NCBI GenBank assembly: GCA_963833285.1
Contig: CAWHXM010000005.1
Coordinates: 579,093 to 643,092, forward strand
Reading direction: 5' to 3'
DNA length: 64,000 nucleotides
DNA from: an uncultured Chloroflexia bacterium
GTDB lineage: Bacteria; Chloroflexota; Limnocylindria; Limnocylindrales; CSP1-4
Shown: positions 33,523 to 41,051 of the stretch, one piece after another
Layout: each line of letters starts with the position of its first letter
How positions within the stretch are numbered: position 1 is the stretch's first letter
Made by a program: the position numbers and the translations under genes
Notes under the pieces: generated by a model
The model's input: only the letters and a program-made list of their open reading frames with translations
Database searches by the model: none
What the model was told of the DNA's origin: nothing

Positions 33523-33552
33523 AATGTACGGGCGGGGCCCCGGACACGACAA
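33523..33552 (-). promoter_or_regulatory. sigma70-type promoter for the candidate ncRNA
   Basis: TTGTCG-N18-TACATT, then 7 nt to the first paired G at 33515. Confidence 0.6.
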
Positions 33553-33557
33553 CGGGC

Positions 33558-33632
33558 TTGTCCACGAACTTGGATGGAATGCCAGGGAAGTTATCCCCGA
33601 ACTTGATGCCGATGTGGACGGTCTGTGGATAC
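33558..33632. promoter_or_regulatory. Cluster of four DnaA-box-like 9-mers
   Basis: TTGTCCACG (33558), TTATCCCCG (33591), TGTGGACGG (33613) and TGTGGATAC (33624), compared with TTATCCACA. Confidence 0.5.
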
Positions 33633-33654
33633 ACTGGGCGGGGAGGAAGTACGC

Positions 33655-34524
33655 ATGGGCCATCTGCTCGCCCGCGTCATCGCCGCCCAGGATCGCTGGG
33701 CCAGACCGCTGGGGGACTTCAACCATCGCTGGTTGAGTGCCCTGTTCCGTCCGATCCGGCCCATCAGGAACCTCCTCAACGGGGTCTGGCTCGGCCACCC
33801 TCTCCACGCGGCCGCCACGGACATCCCGATCGGGACGCTGCTCCTGGTCATCGTGCTCGACCTCATCGGCCAGCCGGCTGCCGCCGACATCGCGCTCGTC
33901 GCGACGATCCTGTTCATGCTTGCGGCGGCCGTGACCGGCGCGGCCGACTACACCGACACGGACGGCACCGCCCGGGTCCGGGCAACGACGCATTCGACGC
34001 TCATGGTCGTGGCGCTCCTCGTCCTGCTCGTCTCGCTGGGCCTCCGCGCCGGGAGCCCGACCGACCGGACGATCCCGATCGGCCTCGGGATCGTCGGCTT
34101 CCTGATCGTCGTCGGCGGCGCGTACATCGGCGGTGACGTCGTCTACCTGCTCGGCAACATGGTCAGCCGCCACGCATGGCGCGGCCCGGGATCGAAGTGG
34201 GTCCGCCTCGACACCGGCGACCTGGCCGACCTTGGTGCGCTTCCGGAGGCGACGCCGGCGAAGGCCAAGGCGGGCATCAACGACATCGTCCTCGTCCGCG
34301 TCGCCGATACCGTCTTCGCGCTGCACGCCGTCTGCGCCCACGCCGGCGGTCCGTTGGCCAATGGGACGTTCACCGACGGCTGCATCGAATGCCCGTGGCA
34401 CGGCTCGCGCTTCCGGCTGACCAACGGACGGGTCCGCCGCGGCCCGGCGCTGTACGACCAACCGACCTACGAGATCCGTGCGGCCGATGGCGGCGGGTAC
34501 GAGGTTCGTCGCGCGGGTTCGTGA
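33655..34524 (+). CDS. DUF2231-like membrane domain + Rieske [2Fe-2S] domain
   Basis: WLGHPLHAAATDIPIG; CAHAGG and CPWHGS; GGAGG RBS. Confidence 0.88.
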   Translation: MGHLLARVIAAQDRWARPLGDFNHRWLSALFRPIRPIRNLLNGVWLGHPLHAAATDIPIGTLLLVIVLDLIGQPAAADIALVATILFMLAAAVTGAADYTDTDGTARVRATTHSTLMVVALLVLLVSLGLRAGSPTDRTIPIGLGIVGFLIVVGGAYIGGDVVYLLGNMVSRHAWRGPGSKWVRLDTGDLADLGALPEATPAKAKAGINDIVLVRVADTVFALHAVCAHAGGPLANGTFTDGCIECPWHGSRFRLTNGRVRRGPALYDQPTYEIRAADGGGYEVRRAGS

Positions 34525-34572
34525 GGCGGTCCGGGCAGGGCCGGCGGGACGGCCATGGTCCATCATCGGCCG

Positions 34573-35103
34573 ATGGCCGACATCGTGATCGCCGATCCGA
34601 GCCTGGTCGTGCTCGTCGGTGCGGCGGGCGCCGGGAAATCGTCGTTCGCGGCGCGCCACTTCGCCCCCGATGAGGTCCTTTCATCGGATCGCTATCGCGC
34701 GCTCGTCTCGGGCGATGAGGCCGATCAGGGCGCCACGAGGGCCGCATTCGGGCGGCTCCACCGCGAGCTGGCTCGCCGGCTGGCGAACGGACGCCTGACC
34801 GTCGTCGACGCCACGAACGTCGAGCCGGCATCGCGACGGGCGCTCCTCACCCGGGCGTCGAGGACGAGCGTCCCGGCCGTGGCGGTCATCCTGGACCTGC
34901 CCGTGGGCGAGGTCCTTGCCCGCAACGCCGCGCGGCGACCGCGGATCGTGGCGGAGGCGGTCGTCCGCCACCATCTCGACCGACTTCGCGAGTCGCTGGA
35001 CGGCCCCGAGCCCGCGATCGGCCGTGAGGGCTTCGCCGTCATCGTCGTGCTGCGCGACGCCGCCGCGGTCGATGCGGTCAGGTTCCGGCGGCGCAAGGTC
35101 TGA
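34573..35103 (+). CDS. P-loop kinase (AAA_33, similar to the polynucleotide kinase domain of Pnkp)
   Basis: GAAGAGKS Walker A, VLSSD, VVDATN. Confidence 0.82.
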   Translation: MADIVIADPSLVVLVGAAGAGKSSFAARHFAPDEVLSSDRYRALVSGDEADQGATRAAFGRLHRELARRLANGRLTVVDATNVEPASRRALLTRASRTSVPAVAVILDLPVGEVLARNAARRPRIVAEAVVRHHLDRLRESLDGPEPAIGREGFAVIVVLRDAAAVDAVRFRRRKV

Positions 35104-35152
35104 GGGCGGTGGTAACTGGCCGGTTCGGCCCCCGGCCGCGCGGCACCCCGCC

Positions 35153-36013
35153 TCACGTCGATCCCGCGGCGATGCAGGCGATGGCAGCCACGGCCAGCGC
35201 GATCCCGGCGGCATGCGAACGGGTCACGCGTTCGCGCAGGACGACCGAGGCGAGGATCACCGTCGTGACCGGATAGAGCGACGAGAGCACGGCGGCGACC
35301 GCCAGCGCTCCCGACTGGACCGCGAGGATGAAGGCGCCGTTGCCGGTCATGTCGAGCACGCCGACGCCCGCGATCGCGGGGATGAGGCGGCGCGCCGGTC
35401 GCCACGCCGCCCGGGTCGCGATGATGACCCCGCCGATGAGCAGCGCCTGCGTGGCGCGGATGACGACCAGCGGTCCGAACGCGTGGCCGTCGCTGATCCG
35501 GGAGATGAACACGCTGAGCAGACCGATCCCGATCCCCGCGAGCAGCGCGAGCCCGATGCCGGACGGCCCGCCGCCCTCGTCGGCGACTCTCGACACGAGG
35601 ACCACCGCAGTCACCGCCAGCCCGATCCCCAGCAGCACGAGCGGCGGCGGGACGCCCTCGAGGGCGATCCCGGCACAGACCGGGATGAGCGCCGCGATGA
35701 CGCCCGTGACAGGCGCGACGATCCCCATCCGTCCGACGGCGAGACCCTTGTAGAGCGCCGAGATGCCGATCCCGCCGGCGACGCCCGCCAGGACGCTCCA
35801 GCCGAGGTCGGCCGTCGTCGGCGCCGTCTCGCCGCGTGCGACGGCCAGCACCATGGCCAGGAGCATCCCCGCGAACTGCGAGATCAGCACGACCCCGAAC
35901 AGCGCGGTCCGTCGGGTCAGCAGGCCGCCGCCGAAGTCGCCGCAACCCCAGGCGATGGCCGAGAACAGGCCCAGGACAACCGTGGCCGTCCCGGCATCGC
36001 CGAGCTGGTTCAG
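35153..36013 (-). CDS. EamA/DMT family transporter (probable CTG start)
   Basis: The frame extends upstream of the track start through LGLFSAIAWGCGDFGGG to a CTG that overlaps the stop of the upstream gene. Confidence 0.8.
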   Translation of the reverse strand: MNQLGDAGTATVVLGLFSAIAWGCGDFGGGLLTRRTALFGVVLISQFAGMLLAMVLAVARGETAPTTADLGWSVLAGVAGGIGISALYKGLAVGRMGIVAPVTGVIAALIPVCAGIALEGVPPPLVLLGIGLAVTAVVLVSRVADEGGGPSGIGLALLAGIGIGLLSVFISRISDGHAFGPLVVIRATQALLIGGVIIATRAAWRPARRLIPAIAGVGVLDMTGNGAFILAVQSGALAVAAVLSSLYPVTTVILASVVLRERVTRSHAAGIALAVAAIACIAAGST

Positions 36014-38232
36014 GCGGAGCGCCCGCTCGTGGCGGCGCCGGCGGTCGGCGAGCGGCCCCCGGCGGCGCCGTCATCGGCGCCTCCGTCGAGCGCCGTCGGT
36101 CCGTCCAGCACGACGACGGCATCGGCCGCTTCGTCGTAGCGCGGCGACGTCGTCAGGTAGATGACCTGGAAGTCCGAGGCGATCGATCGCAGCAGACCGA
36201 GCGCTCCGGTGGCGCGCGCGTCGTCGAGCGTCACGAACGGATCGTCGAACACGAGCGGTGGCCGGCGATCCCCCGTCACCAGCCGGACGAGCCCGAGTCG
36301 GGCGATGAGATAGACGAGGTCGACCGTGCCCTGGCTGAGCGACGTCACGGGCACCCAGCCGTCCTTCTCGGGAGCGTGGACCTCGATGTCGAGCGTCTTG
36401 TCGTCGACACGCACCCGGCGGTAGCGGCCACCGGTCGCCGTCGCCAGATCGCGCACCATGTGCGTCTCGAGATAGCGGGTCGCGGTCTTCATCGTGGCCT
36501 GCTCGGCCCGGTCGATCGCGGCGAGCGTCGCCGCAAAGACGCGCTGGCGTCGTTGCGTCGCGGCGAGCTGCTCGCGGCCGGCGGCCAGCCGTTCGGCCTG
36601 CCCGGCGACCTGCTCGGCGTCGACGGCGTTCGCCTCGACACGCGCCCGGGCGTTCGCCTCGTCGTCACGGGCGCGCTCGAGCGCTCCCTCCTGGTCGCGA
36701 ACCTCGACCTCGAGGCGTTCGCGGGCGCGCGGCTCCTTGGCGATCGGCCCGAGCGCCTCGAGCGCGCTGGTCTTCTGGGATATCTCGAGGGCGGCCTCAT
36801 CGCGCTGGGTCGACAGCGTGTCGCTCGGCTCCTTGCCCACGAGACCGTCGAGCTGGGCCGTCAGCCGGTCGATCTGCGCGGCGTGTGCCTCCTCGCGGGC
36901 GAGCAGGTCCTCGGCCTCGGCGAGGCTGGTCAGCCCGAGCGACCCGAGCTGCGCCTCGAGCTTGGCTTCGGAGTCCTTGAGCTCGGCCTCCATGTCCGAG
37001 CGCCCACGCAGCCGTCGGTCGATCTCGACGTCGCGCATCTGCGCCTGGAGCCGGTCGCTGCGGCGCAGCCAGAGCGCGACCGCCGCGAGCACGAGACCGA
37101 CGACCGCGATGATCGCGCCGAGTCCCTGCACGAGGGCGCCAGGATCCGCGATCCCGAGCGTCTTGATCAAGACCGGCAGGCCGGCGATGAGGATGCCGAT
37201 GACGACGAGCGCGACGGAGACCCGCGACAACGGCCGCCAGGTCGGCGCCGGCGCGACGTCGAACTGGACGTTGACCTCGTCCGAGAGCAGCGCGCGCAGC
37301 TCGCGGATGCGGCCGTCGAGCACGCGCAGCCGCTCGACGGCCTTGCGGACGACCGGCAGCGGGTTCGGCGACGGGTGGCTGGACGCGAGCGCCTGGAGCT
37401 CGACAAGGACCTCGACCGCCTGGCGGTAGCGTTCGTAGCGCTCCATGGCGAGGTCGCGTTCGGCGACGATCCGTTCGGCTTGCCTGGCCTTGTCGAGCAG
37501 GCTCCGGCGTTCCGCCAGGGCGGCCTCGACCTCGGTCCGCCGGTCACGCGCTCCGGACAGCGCGTCGCGGTCGCGCTCGAGCTGGGTGAGGGCGAGCTCA
37601 CCCTGGTCGAGCGCCGCCTGCGCCTGCGCCACGGCCTCCTCCGCCACCTTGAGGCGCCCGGGGTTGCGATCGCCCCGGGTCGTCAGCTCGTGCAGCGCGC
37701 GGTCGAGCTTCCTGCGGGCCCGGCTGGTGCCCCGGTCGGCGCCGCTGATCGACGCCTGGAGCCGATCCCGGAGGGTGCCGTCGTCGCGCGACAGGTCGCT
37801 CAACTCAAAATGGTGGACCGATGCGGTCGAGCGGAAGAAGCCCTCGGTCGGGACGCCGGTCAGCTCGGCGATGACCTGGTCCGCGAGCGTCGGGTCCGTG
37901 ATCGCCTGGCCGTCGTAGTCGAGCCGGACCGTGCCCTTCGAGCCGGCGAACGTCTTCTCGAGGGTCCCGACCTTCTGGCCGTCCTCTTCGTCCTGTTCGA
38001 ACTCGACGGTGATGATCGACCGGGCCTCCGCCGGGGCGCCCCACGGACGGAGGGCCTCGAGCTCACCGGCCGTGCTCGTGGCTCGCCGGGTGATGGCGAG
38101 CTCGAGCGCGCGCTGGACGGTGGTCTTGCCGGACTCGTTCGGACCGCGGACGACGGTGAGCCCCGGGGCGAAGTCGATGTCGAAGGTCCGGTAGCGCCGA
38201 AAATCGCGCCCGCTCAGCTTGCGGACCCTCAC
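36010..38232 (-). CDS. SMC/Rad50-like ATPase, YhaN type (coiled coil with two central TM helices)
   Basis: Walker A GPNESGKT, signature LSQGT, Walker B LVFDDPFVTLD. Confidence 0.88.
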   Translation of the reverse strand: MRVRKLSGRDFRRYRTFDIDFAPGLTVVRGPNESGKTTVQRALELAITRRATSTAGELEALRPWGAPAEARSIITVEFEQDEEDGQKVGTLEKTFAGSKGTVRLDYDGQAITDPTLADQVIAELTGVPTEGFFRSTASVHHFELSDLSRDDGTLRDRLQASISGADRGTSRARRKLDRALHELTTRGDRNPGRLKVAEEAVAQAQAALDQGELALTQLERDRDALSGARDRRTEVEAALAERRSLLDKARQAERIVAERDLAMERYERYRQAVEVLVELQALASSHPSPNPLPVVRKAVERLRVLDGRIRELRALLSDEVNVQFDVAPAPTWRPLSRVSVALVVIGILIAGLPVLIKTLGIADPGALVQGLGAIIAVVGLVLAAVALWLRRSDRLQAQMRDVEIDRRLRGRSDMEAELKDSEAKLEAQLGSLGLTSLAEAEDLLAREEAHAAQIDRLTAQLDGLVGKEPSDTLSTQRDEAALEISQKTSALEALGPIAKEPRARERLEVEVRDQEGALERARDDEANARARVEANAVDAEQVAGQAERLAAGREQLAATQRRQRVFAATLAAIDRAEQATMKTATRYLETHMVRDLATATGGRYRRVRVDDKTLDIEVHAPEKDGWVPVTSLSQGTVDLVYLIARLGLVRLVTGDRRPPLVFDDPFVTLDDARATGALGLLRSIASDFQVIYLTTSPRYDEAADAVVVLDGPTALDGGADDGAAGGRSPTAGAATSGRSA

Positions 38233-39452
38233 AGCGAGACCTCGTGGCCGGCCAGCAGCAGGCGGCCGAGCCGGAGCGCGTCGCGGGTCTCGGCGGCCTC
38301 GTCCGCGGCGCCGGACCCTTCGAGCTCGACGATCCGCGCCTCGAGGTCGCGGATGAAGGCGCCCGCGATCGTGTCCTCCGACGGCAACGGGCCCTCCGTG
38401 AGGGCCGGCACCGACGCGTCGCGGACACGCACCTTGAGGAACGACGCGGCGAGCGAGGTCTCGATCTCGGCGAGGTCCAGGTCGAGGTCGTCGCGGCGGA
38501 CACCGACCAGCCGGACATCGAGGACCAGGTCGGGGTCGGCGCGCGCGGCGAGGAGCGTGACAAGGGCCGGCTGGCTGTCGACCGAGGCAGCGTCGATCTC
38601 CGTCTTCTCGAACCGCGTCCGGCCCACCTGGCGCTCGTCGATCGTGACGACCCGGTTGCCGTCCCGCGCGTCCAGCTCCACGAGCAACACCTTGCCGGCA
38701 CGGTCCTGGTCGAGCGCCACGGCCTCAGGAGCGCCGGCGTAGGCATACGTGACGCTCCCGGCCTTGCCGGTCTGCATCGAGTGCCAGTGACCCAGCGCGA
38801 GGTAGTCGAGGCCGCTGGCGGCGATCTCGTCCGTGGTGACCACGACCTCGTCGCGATCCGTTTTGCCCGGGATCGCGATCGAGCCGTGGACCATCGCGAT
38901 CCGCCATGTCGCCGCGGGGCTCGTCGAGGCGGGCGTGGACGCGTCGGGCGGTGCGCCGGCCGCATCGGGTCGCGTCGCGGCGTCGGCGGTGAAGCCCTGG
39001 AGCGGGCTGTGCGGGGCACGCTTCGTGGCGAACACCCGGCCGTGGACGACGACGTCGAGCGCGCCGAGGTGGACCGATGGATGGTCCGGATCGAGGACCG
39101 TGACGAGGTCGTCGTCCGGCCCGCAGCCCGCCATCGCCACGAGGTCGTAGGCGCGGTAGATCGAGGCACGGTCGTAGACGTCGTGGGTCCCGGGGATGAT
39201 GACGCTGCGGATGCGCGCCTCGGCCAGGCGCTTGAGCTCGGCCGCCACGCGCTCCACGGACCGGCGCGGCTGGACGTTGGAATCGAACAGGTCGCCCGCG
39301 ACGAGGAAGAGGTCCACCTTCTCGGCGAGGGCGAGGTCGACGGCCGCCTTGAAGGCCGCAAACTGGCGCTCCCGCTGGGCGGCCGCCTGGTCGCCGAGAT
39401 CGTCATGTCTGGCGCCGAGGTGGACGTCGGCGGTATGGATGATCCTGAGCAT
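38229..39452 (-). CDS. SbcD/Mre11-family DNA repair exonuclease
   Basis: HTADVHLG, AGDLFD, PGTHD, ALGHWH. Confidence 0.92.
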   Translation of the reverse strand: MLRIIHTADVHLGARHDDLGDQAAAQRERQFAAFKAAVDLALAEKVDLFLVAGDLFDSNVQPRRSVERVAAELKRLAEARIRSVIIPGTHDVYDRASIYRAYDLVAMAGCGPDDDLVTVLDPDHPSVHLGALDVVVHGRVFATKRAPHSPLQGFTADAATRPDAAGAPPDASTPASTSPAATWRIAMVHGSIAIPGKTDRDEVVVTTDEIAASGLDYLALGHWHSMQTGKAGSVTYAYAGAPEAVALDQDRAGKVLLVELDARDGNRVVTIDERQVGRTRFEKTEIDAASVDSQPALVTLLAARADPDLVLDVRLVGVRRDDLDLDLAEIETSLAASFLKVRVRDASVPALTEGPLPSEDTIAGAFIRDLEARIVELEGSGAADEAAETRDALRLGRLLLAGHEVSL

Positions 39453-39695
39453 CGCGCTGCGGCTGGCCTCCCTGGCGGTCGCGAACGGAACGACGGGAGT
39501 CCGCCACGCCGGCCCGGCAGAGCGGGGCGGGATCACCCTGGCGATCCCCCGACGATGGTGCGAGCGAGGCGCCCCCATGACTCCCCGCTCGCCGACTCCG
39601 ATGATCGAGCGCCATTGTGACAGGTACTTTGTCACGGTCGCCAGCCCGCCGACGAGCGCGAGACCGGGTCGCCAGCCGGTTTCCGCGAGCCGTTG

Positions 39696-39857
39696 TATCC
39701 TGCCGGACACTGAACCGGTGCGCCCTAGCCGGGGACCCGAATCGGAATCCAGGAAACGCGCCCCGGCTCGTTGCGCCAGACCAGCACGTCCTGTCCGCCG
39801 ATGCGGTCGCCCCGAAGGCGCACCTCCACAGCGCCAAGGCGCCCCGGAGGAGCATTC
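39696..39857 (+). promoter_or_regulatory. -10 element and structured ~150-nt 5' leader of the zinc-ribbon gene
   Basis: TATCCT at 39696; nested stems 39717-24/39817-24 and 39727-34/39761-68. Confidence 0.5.
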
Positions 39858-40196
39858 GTGACCTACGCCGATCGATCCCTGAACTGCGTCGACTGCGGAG
39901 TGGAATTCATCCACTCGGCCGCGGATCAGGAGTATTACCAGCAGAAGGGGTTCGTCAGCGACCCCAAACGCTGCACCAGCTGTCGAGCCAGCCGGCGGGC
40001 GAGCCGCGATGGCGGCTACGACGTCCGTGACATCGGCGGCCCTCGAGGCTACGAGCGCGGCGACGACCGGCCGAACCGCGAGTACTTCGCAGTCATCTGC
40101 TCGTCGTGTGGCAACCAGGCCCAGGTCCCGTTCAAGCCGCGGATGGACCGACCCGTCTATTGCTCGGACTGCTTCCGGACGGTCCGCCCGGACTGA
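39858..40196 (+). CDS. Zinc-ribbon / CxxC-x17-CxxC domain protein
   Basis: CVDCG.EF...DQEYY...PKRCTSC and CSSCG...VPFKP...PVYCSDC; GGAGGAG RBS. Confidence 0.92.
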   Translation: MTYADRSLNCVDCGVEFIHSAADQEYYQQKGFVSDPKRCTSCRASRRASRDGGYDVRDIGGPRGYERGDDRPNREYFAVICSSCGNQAQVPFKPRMDRPVYCSDCFRTVRPD

Positions 40197-40244
40197 CCGC
40201 AGCGACGATCGGGCCGAGCGCGGGCAACCCGTCCCGGCCGACCG

Positions 40245-40952
40245 CTAGATCCGGAAGGTCTCGCCCGCGCGGTACCGGTCTCGCCGGCGGCCGCGCCAGA
40301 CGGTCACCCGTGACCGGCCGTGGACCTGCCACCCGCCGTCACGCCCGACGACCGCGGTCTCCTCGTCGATCCCGAGCACGAGCGACCCGCGCGGGGCCTG
40401 CAGCGCAATGAGCGCCGAGAAGGACTCCGGCCACGCGTCGTAGTGGGGGATGACCGAGGCCTCCTCGACGAACCCCAGGCCGTGCCGCCAGCGGAGCGGC
40501 CAGGGCGCCAGCCGGACACGGAAGTCGAAGACGTGGCCGGCCAGGACCATGGCACCCGCCGAGCAGCCGGCGATGACGGCGCCGCGCTCGTGCGCATCGC
40601 TCAGGGCCCGACCCACGGCGCTGCCGTCGAGCACTCCCATCAGGTACGCCGGCTGGCCCCCCGACAGGTAGACCAGGTCGGCCTCGCCGATCGCCTGCGC
40701 GGCGGCGGGGTCGTCGGCGCCCGTGCGGTCGCGGACGAGGACCGGTTCGACCTCGGCCCCGAGCTCCCCGTAATGGGAGACACCCATCGTCGCCCAACGT
40801 GTGAAGACCTCTTCGCCGTCGGGGAACGAGGCGGTCGGCAGGATCGCGACGCGGGGTCGCGGGCGGCCGGTCGCCGCGAGCAGGCCGGCATCGAATTCGG
40901 CCATCTCGGAGAGGAACTCGCCGGCGCCGACGAGCGCAACGGGTCCGGGCAT
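40245..40952 (-). CDS. Peptidase S51 (peptidase E / cyanophycinase-like)
   Basis: ILPTAS, YLSGG, GCSAGAM, PHYD, GIDEETA. Confidence 0.88.
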   Translation of the reverse strand: MPGPVALVGAGEFLSEMAEFDAGLLAATGRPRPRVAILPTASFPDGEEVFTRWATMGVSHYGELGAEVEPVLVRDRTGADDPAAAQAIGEADLVYLSGGQPAYLMGVLDGSAVGRALSDAHERGAVIAGCSAGAMVLAGHVFDFRVRLAPWPLRWRHGLGFVEEASVIPHYDAWPESFSALIALQAPRGSLVLGIDEETAVVGRDGGWQVHGRSRVTVWRGRRRDRYRAGETFRI

Positions 40953-41051
40953 GGCCGAGAGTCTACGCACCTTGCCCTCGTCGCCGCACCGCTGCGACAC
41001 TGCGTCGCACTGACCTCGCGACAGCCGCCATCCCCCCGCCGGAGCCCCCGC

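Noticed and set aside
33558-33632. Chromosomal replication origin (oriC)
   Set aside because: Only four degenerate boxes, no AT-rich unwinding element, and no dnaA/dnaN in the window.
34573-35103. Pnkp/Hen1 RNA repair system
   Set aside because: Only the kinase-like domain is present; there is no phosphatase, ligase or Hen1 gene in the window.
35836-38742. 968-aa plus-strand ORF
   Set aside because: Antisense shadow of the SMC-like and SbcD-like genes.
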